DNA of 64,000 nucleotides from an uncultured Actinomycetes bacterium (GTDB lineage Bacteria; Actinomycetota; Acidimicrobiia; IMCC26256; PALSA-610): NCBI GenBank assembly GCA_963781425.1, contig CAWAGX010000015.1, positions 133,262 to 197,261 of the forward strand, read 5' to 3'. Shown piece by piece: positions 10,605 to 20,420 of this stretch (position 1 is its first letter; each line of letters starts with the position of its first letter). The notes under the pieces were generated by a model. It saw only the letters and a program-made list of their open reading frames with translations, ran no database searches and was not told where the DNA came from. The position numbers and the translations under genes were made by a program.

Positions 10605-12301
10605 GGTCGGCGTCGCATGCTCAGCTCGTTCAGCGTAGAAGAGGTGTCCTTGTAGATCGCGCTCGTGATCAAGTCCGCGCCGCGCTCGTTCGTGTGGTCA
10701 AAATCGACGAACACGGGTTCGTCGACGTTGTCGAGCACATCGCTCAGGTCGACGACGGGCGGCTTGAGGTGCCGGCGCGCTTCGGCGGATTCTGCATACC
10801 ACGCTTCGGGTGTGGCACCGAACCGGGTCAGTGCGTCTTGTTCACCCTCGACGACTGGCTTCGTATACAACAGCGGTTGCCAGAAGAATTCGGCGCTGAA
10901 GCCGTAGGCCGCCGCAAGGTGCTGCACGAGTTCCACGGCCCGTTGATGGATCGCTACGGCGTCCCTTCCCCGCTCGACGCCCCGCTCGGCCGATTGATCG
11001 GGTGCCCACAGCCCTTCTGCCAGGGTGGGCGCTGGCTTGTCCCCCTCATTTGTGGCGAGCGACTTGATCTCATCGAAGAGCCGATGGACGGCGCTCCTGT
11101 GCGCCCACCAGTCGTACATTCCGCCGCCGAGCGACCGGCCTCCGTCGACGGGAGCGTTGCCAAGTTTCACGATGTTCGCGTGGAGATGGGTTGGCTTCGC
11201 GATTGGGCCGACTCTCGCCTGGATGAACTCCTCGTTGGCTCCGTCGTAGAAGATCACGAGATCGGGGATTTCACCCCTCGTAAGAAGTTCTTCGAGGAGC
11301 TCTACTTCCTGCCAGATGCCGTAGCCGATGACGCCATAGTTCACGACCCTGACCGGGCGGTGTTCAGCCTCCGCGAGCCGGGCGAACTGCGACGGGATCG
11401 TGTGCTCATCCCGCTGGTACGCGCCGAACATCGTCGATCCCCCGAAGAAGAACACGTTGATGGGTTCCGTCCCCGCGCTCGCCTTTGGCTCATATGACGC
11501 CCGCACTCCGTTCTTCACATGGACGAAGCGACTGGAGTAGTCCGGAAAGGTCCAGCCGCGAAGGGGGTGCGGAAGCATGCGGCTCGAACTGCTCGCGATC
11601 TCGGACGTCAGTTGCGTCGCCCACGGCTCGTGCGCCCACGCACCAACCTGTGCGACGCGAGCACCAGGCTGGGCGGTACCGCCCCGACCGAGAACGTTGT
11701 CGGCGACGTCGAGAGACGCACCCAGACCGACGTCGAGCAAGATCACTACGACGACGAGACCTAGCGCTGCCCGAAGAGACAGGAGCGGCAGCCGCGGTTT
11801 GACGCCTTTTGCGCTCGTCGAGCGCGACTCGTACGTGAACTGCCGACGGTGGAGCGAGGGCCTGCCGATCGCGGGGTTCTGATGCCAGAAGGTCGCGTCG
11901 GTCGGTTTGGATCCCGCTGCAAGTGGATCACGACGCAGCAACTTGAGCACCACAGCAATCGGCGTGAACACCAAAAGCTCGACGGTACCGAGCACCACGA
12001 AGCTGAGCCCACGTGTAACCGCGTGCTGCAACCATTGAGTGACGCGATCGGCGGTACGCGCGAACGCGGGCGACATGATCGAGGCGATCGTGACCACGAG
12101 CACGCCAATCGCGATTGCCACGGCGATGGTCCTGCTGCCCCAGATCCAAAAGAACGCGGCGACGGCGGTCGAGACGAAGACGCGTGCGAGGTACGCGCGT
12201 CGCCGTGAAGCGGACGCACGCTCTGGCAGCTCGGGTACCTGCGCCCAGTGCCATCGCGATGTAGCTGGCCCCGATACCTCACGCCGGGTAGTGAGGGCCA
12301 T
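10601..12301 (-). CDS. Membrane protein: SxtJ-like N-terminal domain fused to an SGNH/GDSL-fold domain
   Basis: TM helices with TPIAVVLKLLRRDPL...FW...RQF, then FFGGSTMFG, NYGVIGY, YDGANE and DFDH blocks; ATGA overlap with the carbamoyltransferase. Confidence 0.75.
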   Translation of the reverse strand: MALTTRREVSGPATSRWHWAQVPELPERASASRRRAYLARVFVSTAVAAFFWIWGSRTIAVAIAIGVLVVTIASIMSPAFARTADRVTQWLQHAVTRGLSFVVLGTVELLVFTPIAVVLKLLRRDPLAAGSKPTDATFWHQNPAIGRPSLHRRQFTYESRSTSAKGVKPRLPLLSLRAALGLVVVVILLDVGLGASLDVADNVLGRGGTAQPGARVAQVGAWAHEPWATQLTSEIASSSSRMLPHPLRGWTFPDYSSRFVHVKNGVRASYEPKASAGTEPINVFFFGGSTMFGAYQRDEHTIPSQFARLAEAEHRPVRVVNYGVIGYGIWQEVELLEELLTRGEIPDLVIFYDGANEEFIQARVGPIAKPTHLHANIVKLGNAPVDGGRSLGGGMYDWWAHRSAVHRLFDEIKSLATNEGDKPAPTLAEGLWAPDQSAERGVERGRDAVAIHQRAVELVQHLAAAYGFSAEFFWQPLLYTKPVVEGEQDALTRFGATPEAWYAESAEARRHLKPPVVDLSDVLDNVDEPVFVDFDHTNERGADLITSAIYKDTSSTLNELSMRRRP

Positions 12302-12305
12302 GGCC

Positions 12306-12473
12306 TCAGAACAGGGGATACAGCGCGTAAGGAGCGGCCGCGTGACCGACGGCGATCAGCAACAACGCAAGCGCGAGCAGCAGTACCAGGGGCGGTACCC
12401 ACCACGTTCGGTTCACGCGCGCATATAAGGCGAACTCACCGGTCAGCCGCATCAGGTACCGAGCGCGCGACAC
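12306..12473 (-). CDS. 55-aa membrane peptide, DUF5989/SxtK-like (absent from the ORF track)
   Basis: Hand translation: MSRARYLMRLTGEFALYARVNRTWWVPPLVLLLALALLLIAVGHAAAPYALYPLF; stop 4 nt before the next start. Confidence 0.8.
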   Translation of the reverse strand: MSRARYLMRLTGEFALYARVNRTWWVPPLVLLLALALLLIAVGHAAAPYALYPLF

Positions 12474-12667
12474 AGCAGAAAGATAGCAGGATCGGAAACT
12501 CAGCAGTATGTCGCCTTTTCACCCGCGGCGGTGGGATCCGGCGGACAAGGGCGGCGGAACATCAGCCCAGACAGCGAACGACTCCGGCCACCTGACCCTC
12601 GACCCCGGCCCTCGGCTGGATCTCTACGAGACCTGAAATATGTCGCCGATGTCGCGACACATCACAA

Positions 12668-12744
12668 TGGTGGAGACGATGGGACTCGAACCCACGACCC
12701 CCTGCTTGCAAAGCAGGTGCTCTAGCCAGCTGAGCTACGTCCCC
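12668..12744 (-). tRNA. tRNA-Ala(UGC), CCA encoded
   Basis: GGGGACGTAGCTCAGCTGGCTAGAGCACCTGCTTTGCAAGCAGGGGGTCGTGGGTTCGAGTCCCATCGTCTCCACCA folds as a cloverleaf. Confidence 0.97.
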
Positions 12745-12824
12745 GAGAGGCATTCATGGTAGCGCCCACGCGTGATTACCTCGCCCACGCCCGAGTGCCG
12801 AAGAGGGCGATCCGTCCCGAACTC

Positions 12825-14328
12825 CTACCGCTGTCCGTCGGTGTGCGGCGCGCCGCCGCCCGGCACTGCTTCGACACGAACCACGTGCCGCATCCGCGGG
12901 GTCATCGTCACCCGCACGACCTGCCCCTCGTGCACATCGGCGGCGTAGTAACGCAACGCTCGTACCTCGTCGCTCTTGCCGTCGTCGACGGCGGTGTAGC
13001 CCGAAGGCTCCCAGACGCGATCGTCGCCGTTCTGCTCGTAGTGCCACGGGACCCGCACGACATAGCCCTCGAAGGTCTCCGTCTGCCGGAGATCGGGCAG
13101 TGCGCGTCGCATGATCACGACGCGGCGCACGACATGCACGAGCACGAACACGAGCGGTACCGAGAGGAAGGCGAGGATCGGAAGGATCAACCAGCGATCG
13201 TTGCCTTGCCGCTCGTCGCCGAGATCTCCGGCGATGTCGGCGAGCGGCGGAATGAGCTCGCGCGCCACCACCACCCCGAGGGCGACCACGCCGATCAGCA
13301 CGAGCGCCGACACCAGCACCGCGCGCTTGGGCGAATCGCCGTAGCCGAACCGGTGCGGATACTTGATGCGCACCTGACGCCACAAGCCGCGGTAGGGGCT
13401 CCAACCTTCGTCGTCGCGGGTCGGACCGATCGGCAACGCGGCGTCCGTGCCGTGCGCGACGCCGAGCGCGACGCCGTACGCGAGGAGACGATCCCAGATC
13501 GCGACGCCGGCCGGCGGCGTCTCTTGGAAGCCCTCGTTGTGACGGAGGAAGTCGCGTACGCCGAGCCACCGCGCCGATGCGGCCGAGCCACTCGCGGTCT
13601 CCCGCCAGGCGCGCAGCTTGGCGCCGCCGACCACCAATGCGGCGAACCAGACGATCCCGGCGATCGCCAGCCCGTTGCCGGCGTCCATGTCCTTGCCCGC
13701 GGCCCGTTCGGCGGCGCCGTAGAACTCGAGACCGACCCCGGCGATCGCGAAGGGCACTGCGAGCGTGCCTGCAAGCAAGACCACGTGCGCAGCGCGTGAA
13801 CCGGCGTCGGACGAGGCCGAGGTCACGGGCACCCTCCGCGACCGCGCTCTGGAATTTCTTCCACCACTGCTCGGCGTTCTTGCCGTACCCCAGCGACAGT
13901 TCTGCGGCGGGCACGCTCTGGTTCTTCGCGCGTTGACGCACGAGCTCGAGCACCTTTGTGTCGTACACGTTCGTCTTGCCCTCTCCCTCGCCGCGCAAGC
14001 GCACGAGATTCTGGCCTTCACCGATCTGGTCCAGCGTGAGGTAGCGGCGCGCGGCAAGATCGACGAGCGTCGCCGACAGCGCCGACGACGTGATCTTGCA
14101 GCGATTGACGAGAAAGTTCGTGATGGCGGGTGGCTCCGGTCCGAGCTCCATCGTCTCGGGACCGGGATCGGGCAGGCGCGGCCTCGTCGCGCTCGCGACG
14201 ACGGCGAACAGCACTCCCCAAGCGGCGAGCACCACCGCCGCGAGGATGAGCCACGGCACGGCATCCGCGTGCTCGACCGCGAGCAGACGCGCTGTCGGTT
14301 GCAGGAACCCGATCGCGGAAAACGGCAC
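12825..14328 (-). CDS. DUF2207-like membrane protein; frameshift near 13790
   Basis: EPPAITNFL, SATLVDLAARRYL, RWLGVRDFL, WDRLLAYGVALG motifs with several TM helices. Confidence 0.7.
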
Positions 14329-14426
14329 GCGCGGACCGTATTCGAGCCGCGCCGAAGTCGACAATGTGCGCGTCGGGGGGCGAGGTCCCTGCTACCGGCG
14401 AGCGCGCCGGGCAGAGACGGAGGTCG

Positions 14427-14990
14427 TCAGCTGCGCGTGCTCGCCGGGTTGCGCTGGTAGGACGCCGAGCGGCCGGCGCGCCGGCTCGTGGCTTTGGCCT
14501 TGCGGGCCGGGGCCGACGCCGGGCGCTTGCGTCCCTGGCCGCGCCGGCCACGCGGCGACTTCTCGGCGGCGATCTCGTCGCCCACTTCGCGGAGCGTCGC
14601 GCGATCGATCTTGCGCTTCAGCTCGGGGAAGATCTCCTTTTCTTCTTCCTTCACGTGATGCTTGATGCCGGCCTTCAACATCTCGACCACGGCGCCGAAG
14701 CCCGGCTCGTCCACGAGCGCGCGCAACTGCCCGAGGCCGTCGCGCACCAAGCCATGCTCGATCTCGGCTTCCTTGGCCTCCTCCTGGCCGATCGCGCGGG
14801 CAACGAGCGGATACACGAGCTGCTCCTCGATCCGCATGTGGAGCGTGAGGGCTTGCTCGATCTTGTCGACGTTGCCGCGCCGGCGCGGGCCGGGCTTGCT
14901 GTCACCGAGCTTGGTCAGCAGCTCCGCGACCTCGCGGTGATCCCGCTTCAGCATTGCGATCGGATCGTTCAACAAGTCCTCCGGACTCAC
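14427..14990 (-). CDS. Hemerythrin HHE cation-binding domain protein with basic C-terminal tail
   Basis: LKRDHREV, HMRIEEQLVYP, EHGLV, HHVKEEEKEIFP. Confidence 0.85.
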   Translation of the reverse strand: MSPEDLLNDPIAMLKRDHREVAELLTKLGDSKPGPRRRGNVDKIEQALTLHMRIEEQLVYPLVARAIGQEEAKEAEIEHGLVRDGLGQLRALVDEPGFGAVVEMLKAGIKHHVKEEEKEIFPELKRKIDRATLREVGDEIAAEKSPRGRRGQGRKRPASAPARKAKATSRRAGRSASYQRNPASTRS

Positions 14991-15107
14991 GTGGGTGGTG
15001 CGCCGGACTTACCCGGTGTCGTGGTCGCCGACACTTCGCAGTCCGCCGCACATGCGCCGCGATCGCGATCAGATCTTGCAAGCGCGACTCCAGACGTCCC
15101 GAGCCCG

Positions 15108-18100
15108 TCACACCCCCGAGCGGGCGGGCGACTCCGTCTCGGGTCGCGCCTCTGGCGCACGCTCGCGCTCATCGTCGCCGCGTCCGGCGAAGAACCGTCC
15201 TATCAGCGGGAGCTCGAAGAACGATTCGGCCCGCGCCACCGCGATCGACGCTCCGAGCAGGTGCTCGGGCGAGTCGTAGCAAGCGAAGCGCGCGTGCCAC
15301 TCGGGTTGGAACTTCTCGTTGAACGTCCACAGCGACTCGATCTGCATCGAGTCGCTCATGTGTTCGAGGAACCACTTCTGGGCCCGGTGTACGAACCGGT
15401 CGCCCGTCTCGCTGGCGAGCACCGCCCGGAACGTGGCGAAGTTGAGCGCCAGCCCGACGAACCCTCCGGCGCGCAGGTGTCCGATCGTCTCGACGACGAT
15501 GAACTCGGTGAGCCCGTTCGGCACGCCGGGCGCTTCCGAGCGGCGCATGAGGTCGAGCGACCAACCGTCGATGGCGCGGGCGGGCACGAACTGGCAGAAC
15601 CCCGCCGGCTGGCGCGCGTCGTCGAACGCGACCGCGAGCAGCATCCCCCGGTCGTCGGCTTCGAACGCGCGACCGAGCGTCATCGAGAACCCGCGCTCGA
15701 CGTCACCGCGCCGGCTCCCGCTCATCAGTGCACGGAGCTGGTCGCGGAGCTGCGGGTCGAGCAGTGCCGGGTCGAAGAACTCGACGACGTATCCGGCTTT
15801 CGCGACGCGGCCGGCAGACTGCCGCAGGCTCTTGTTCTGCTTGCCCTCGAGGCTGAATCGGCGCACGTCGATGACCGCTTCGTCTCCGATGTAGAGCGCG
15901 TGCATCCCGCTGGCGCGGTACACCGGCACCCAGTCGTTGCCTGCCGCCATCACCGCGACCGGCCAACCGTGCTCGTCCGCGAACTCGCGGAATGCGCCCC
16001 ACGCCTCGGTGCGCTGGCCCACCGGGCCCACCGGGTCGGGCGAGACGAGCGCAATCCCGTTGTGCACCTTGTACGACACCAGCGTGTCGCGGAACCCGAA
16101 CCATTCCTTGTCTTCGCGCAACGCGAAGTACGACAACGAGTCGCAGCCATATCGCTCGACGAGGAAGCGGGCCCTCTCCGGCGACACCGGCCGGAACGAG
16201 GTGACCCTCGGTGCCACTGCGGGTCGGAAGAGCAGCCAGCAGAACGCGAGCGCGATCCCGATGCCGACGCCGAGCATGGCCGGCGTCACGAGGTGATCGA
16301 TCCGGGGCGGAAGATCGACGCTCTGGATGCCGACGAGCCGCTCGGTGACGGCCTGCGAGATCTCGGCGATCGACAGGTTCGGGTGCCGCAGCGCCACGCC
16401 GACCGTGCCGCCCACGATCGCGACGGCGATGCCGACGAGCAGTGCGCTCAAGGCACGACGGGCGGAGGACGGGTTGCCGGGCGCCCGGAAGTCCTCGTGG
16501 TGCGCGAACAGGAACGTGACGACCGCGAGCGCGACGAGGGCTTCTTCGACATCGAGGCCCTTGACGACGTGTCCGACCACGCTGACGAGCAACAGCGCGA
16601 TGGCGAGCATCCACGCGTGCCGTTGCCCGCGCCGCACGCCGAGCGCGAGCAGCAACAGGCCGAGGCCGGAGATGGCAACGAGCGCGGCTGCGGCTTCGGG
16701 CACCTCGATCGGCGTGAAGCGGTCGAGCGCGCTCAAGCGCGACGCGAGCGGCAACGTCACCGCAGAGACCACGTTGAAGATGCCGGCAATCGCGATCGCG
16801 GCCGCCGCGATCCGCCGGGTCCGGCGCCGCGCCGCCGTCGCGTCGCCGTACGCGGGCCATGTCACGGTGCCGGGATGCTTGGCAACCTCGACCGGCGGCC
16901 ACACCAACCGATCCTGGCGGCGGGTCGCGAGCCGCTCGAGCAGCGTGCGCTCCGGGAGCTCGCGGGCGCCGTGCGACAACCGGACGTGCAGACGTGCGCC
17001 CGCCTCGAGCTCGAGCCACGAGCACCGCAGCCGCGCCCCGTAGACCGGTGGCATCCCCAGGCGGGTCCTGAGCCGTTCGACGACGCGGCCCGCGCTCCCG
17101 CAGTTCGCGTAGAACCCACCGCCGCCGAGATCGGTGAGCTCGGCGCGTCTCGTGTGGGCGGTCACGAGGCCCGAGCCCCCGGCCGCCGCCAGGGCAACCG
17201 CGACTCCACGCGCCTCGTCGTTGCTGCGCGCCTCGCGGGCCCACCACGACACCGAGCTCGAGCGCGTCGCGCAATTGCACGATGACGAACGCGAGCGCGA
17301 TGACCACCAACGCCAGCTCGAGCGCGAAACCGCCCGCCAACAGGCGGAACACGTGTGTGAGTGAATCGCCGTGCCGTGAGGACCACACGGCGATCGGGAA
17401 GAACAACGCGAGCAGCGCGAGCACGGGCAGCGTGAGCCAGACCGCGCGATGGAAGAGACGCCGGTAGGCGAACCGTGACGCCACGAGCGAACCCATGTCG
17501 GCCGGGTCGGCATCTTCGACGCCTTGCAGCCACGTGGCGGCATGGGACGGGTCGCCACTGGTCGCGAGCATCGGAAGTACCTCGCGCTCGAGATGCTGGG
17601 CGAGCGGATGATCGTTGGGATCACGCGGGTCCGTGAACGTCGCGGCCGGATCGAGACCATGCCCGGGTTCGACGCGGACGACGCGTTCGCCCTCGCCGGT
17701 GTCGATCTCGAGCACGCAGCTGAGCGCGGTCTCCCATCCGTTCGCCCGCATCGCGTCGGCCACGCGCAGGTCGTGCGCGAGCGCGGCGTCGCGCGTCCCG
17801 GGCAGGAACACGACCCGCCGCTCGGATGCACCGAGGAACGAGGTGAGCGCAGCGGCGAGACGGGGGTGGGCCGCGAGCGAGCCGTCGAGATCGGGCCGGC
17901 CGTCGCGCAACAGATCGAACATGTCGCCGGCGAACACGATGACTGCCGGGCCGCGACACTCTTCGATCGCACGCGCGATGGCGCGACTCGCCTCGCGCGA
18001 CACGTCGTTGCCGCCCGGCACCATTCGCAGATCGGAGAAGACCAGCACGCGCCCACCGCGTGCCACAGGAAGAGTGAGCACATCGGCAACACGCGGACGG

Positions 18101-18195
18101 GTCGCCGCGAGCACAGGCGGGCCGTCCTGGTCGACCGGCGGCTCGTGCCCGCCGGACGGCACGTGCCCGCCGGACGGGTCATTTGTCATCGTCAT
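15108..18195 (-). CDS. Degenerate metallophosphoesterase domain fused to LysX/MprF-type TM region and aminoacyl-phosphatidylglycerol synthase (DUF2156) domain; frameshift near 17260
   Basis: N-terminal FSDLR, AGDMFD, PGTRD, PGH, AHTR, NCGS; C-terminal DSLSYFALREDK, PDPVG, IGDEAVID, ERGFSMTLGR, WSLDLMRR, PNGLTEF, SLWTFNEKFQPEW. Confidence 0.8.
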
Positions 18196-18376
18196 CGACC
18201 GTAATCCGCGTCGCGAGGCCTGTCCGGACGCACATGGAACACATCCATCACTTCTTCACGCTCGGCCGGGCCGCCGCCGAGCCAAGGGTTCCCGCACCGG
18301 GCGGCCGGGGTCCACGGTCGCGGCGACGACGACCCCCGGTGGTCACCGCGGCGACGATCCGTCGTACGCTCCGCCC

Positions 18377-19042
18377 ATGACCTCAATCCTCATCGTCGAG
18401 GACGACGCCGCGATCGCCACCCCGCTCGTCCGCGCGATCGAGCGGGAGGGCTTTGCGGTACAGCACGTCACCAGCGGCACCGACGCGCTCGCCGCGGCCC
18501 GCGACGACGTCGATCTCGTGCTCCTGGACCTCACCTTGCCCGACGTCGACGGCCTCGACGTGTGCCGCTCCATGCGCGACCGCGACAACTGGTTGCCGAT
18601 CGTCATCCTCACCGCCCGCGCCGAGGAGTCCGATGTCGTCACCGGTCTCGACGCCGGCGCCGACGACTACGTCACCAAGCCGTTCCGCCTCGCCGAGCTC
18701 CTGGCGCGTCTACGGGTGCGCTTGCGCCTCGCGACGCCGCGGACGGCGACGGTGCAGGAGGTGAGCGTTGATCCCTCGGCACATCGAGCATGGCAGGACG
18801 GCGCGGAGCTCGAGCTCACTCCCAAGGAGTTCGATCTTCTTGCGCTCCTTGTCACCGACGCCGGTCGCGTGGTCTCTCGCCAGCGCATCATGCACGAAGT
18901 GTGGGACGAGCACTACTTCGGATCGACGCGCACGCTCGACATGCACATCTCCTCGCTGCGAAAGAAGCTGGGTGACGACCCCACCAATCCGCGCTTCATC
19001 AGCACGGTACGCGGTGTCGGGTTCCGCTTCGAGACCGGCTGA
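18377..19042 (+). CDS. OmpR-family response regulator (resembles Streptomyces DraR)
   Basis: IVEDD, LLDLTLPDVDG, GADDYVTKPF, LTPKEFDLL, TLDMHISSLRKKL, TVRGVGFRF. Confidence 0.93.
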   Translation: MTSILIVEDDAAIATPLVRAIEREGFAVQHVTSGTDALAAARDDVDLVLLDLTLPDVDGLDVCRSMRDRDNWLPIVILTARAEESDVVTGLDAGADDYVTKPFRLAELLARLRVRLRLATPRTATVQEVSVDPSAHRAWQDGAELELTPKEFDLLALLVTDAGRVVSRQRIMHEVWDEHYFGSTRTLDMHISSLRKKLGDDPTNPRFISTVRGVGFRFETG

Positions 19043-19051
19043 CCCGACGGG

Positions 19052-20278
19052 ATGCGGCGGCGGCTGCTGACGTCGACCCTCTCGATCGTCATCGCGACGG
19101 TCGCGCTGTTGGGAATCCCTCTGGCGTTCGTGCTCGACCGCGTCGTGCACGACGAGGCCCAGTCGCAGCTCGATCGGGATGCGACTCGCGTCGCCCGCGA
19201 GCTCGGGAAGGGCAACATCCTCGAAGACAGTCCTGAGGTCCTCGCGCTCGAGCTCCAGCGCCTCGTGCCGTCGGACGACCGGGTCGTGCTCCAGTGGCCG
19301 GGTGGGCGCACGCTCGCGACCCGGGATCCCGAGCATGCCACGCTGCTCGCAACGGCCGTCGGCCCGGAAGGCACCGAGGTGTCCGTGCAAGCGCCGGTGG
19401 GCGACGTGGACGCTCGCGTGGCGCGGGCGTTCCTGGTGGTCGGGCTGGTCGCGGTGGTCGCGCTCGGCGGTGCATTGGTGCTGTCCTTCGTGCAGAGCGC
19501 CCAGCTCGCGCGACCACTCGCCCGATTGGCTCGATCGGCGAACCGGCTCGGCATCGGAGATTTCTCGCTCTCGACTCCCCGGAGCGGCGTGCAGGAGATC
19601 GACGACATCGCCGACGCGCTCGATCACAGCGCCGCGCGCATCGACCGCTTGCTGCTCGCGGAGCGCAGCTTCTCGGCCCATGCGAGCCATCAGCTCCGCT
19701 CTGCGCTCACCGGCCTCCAGCTGCGAATCGAGGAGCTGCTCACGAGCTCGGACCCGCAGGTGCGGGAGGAGGCCGAGGCCGCACTCGAGCAGAGCACGCG
19801 GCTCAACACGACGATCGACGATCTCCTCGCGCTCGCCCGTACCGGCCGCCCTGGGATCGTCACCCTTTTCGACCTCGCAGACCTCGTACGACAACACACT
19901 GACGACGTCCGGCCGCTCCTCGCGCGCGAAGGTCGTCAGATCGTCGTCGACGCGTCCGAGGACGTTCCGGCGGTGGCGGCGGTCGGCGCGATCGGCCAGG
20001 TCGTCGACATCTTGTTGTCGAACGCGGCGCGTCACGGACGCGGCACGATCAAGGTCCGCGTCAGCGCAGACGACCGCCGGGCGCGCGTCGACGTCGAAGA
20101 CGACGGCGCGGGCATCGATCCCGCTGCAGTCGACACGCTGTTCGAATCGCACGTGCGTGCGGACGGGCACGGCATCGGCCTGGCCCTGGCGCGCACGTTG
20201 ATCACGACCGAAGGCGGGACGATCGTGCTCGCGCGAGCACGTCCGCCGCTCTTCCGCGTGGAGCTGCCACGCGTTTGA
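19052..20278 (+). CDS. Membrane sensor histidine kinase (HAMP-HisKA-HATPase)
   Basis: Two TM helices, ASHQLRSALT H-box, LLSNAARHG, DDGAGI, GIGLALAR. Confidence 0.93.
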   Translation: MRRRLLTSTLSIVIATVALLGIPLAFVLDRVVHDEAQSQLDRDATRVARELGKGNILEDSPEVLALELQRLVPSDDRVVLQWPGGRTLATRDPEHATLLATAVGPEGTEVSVQAPVGDVDARVARAFLVVGLVAVVALGGALVLSFVQSAQLARPLARLARSANRLGIGDFSLSTPRSGVQEIDDIADALDHSAARIDRLLLAERSFSAHASHQLRSALTGLQLRIEELLTSSDPQVREEAEAALEQSTRLNTTIDDLLALARTGRPGIVTLFDLADLVRQHTDDVRPLLAREGRQIVVDASEDVPAVAAVGAIGQVVDILLSNAARHGRGTIKVRVSADDRRARVDVEDDGAGIDPAAVDTLFESHVRADGHGIGLALARTLITTEGGTIVLARARPPLFRVELPRV

Positions 20279-20334
20279 CCAAGATTTCACTTCTCCACTC
20301 GGGGCCCCGGACCACCCGGTGCGTAGGGTGAGCG

Positions 20335-20420
20335 CGGTACCCACGGGTCGTGCGGAGTCCGGCGGAATCAAAATTCCCCCCGAGTGTTGGTGCCGCCGGG
20401 CTCCCGCGTGACACGACCGT
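20335..20420 (+). ncRNA. Candidate small RNA: long hairpin with CCCCCC loop
   Basis: GGTCGTG-CGGAGTCCGGCGG pairs with CCGCCGGGCTCCCG-CACGACC around the loop AATTCCCCCCGAGTG; TAGGGT -10-like hexamer at 20324-20329. Confidence 0.35.

Noticed and set aside
8775-12473. Saxitoxin or antibiotic biosynthetic cluster
   Set aside because: Only sxtI/J/K-like genes are present; no sxtA, PKS, NRPS, amidinotransferase or tailoring genes
14364-17285. 973-aa plus-strand ORF and other long antisense ORFs (e.g. 28061..30031, 33772..35646, 37919..40219, 61192..63669)
   Set aside because: Shadow frames of real genes on the opposite strand, typical of high-GC DNA; no motifs
18144-18177. Direct repeat CGTGCCCGCCGGACGG x2
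   Set aside because: Encodes PSGGH twice in a disordered N-terminus; too short to be an array
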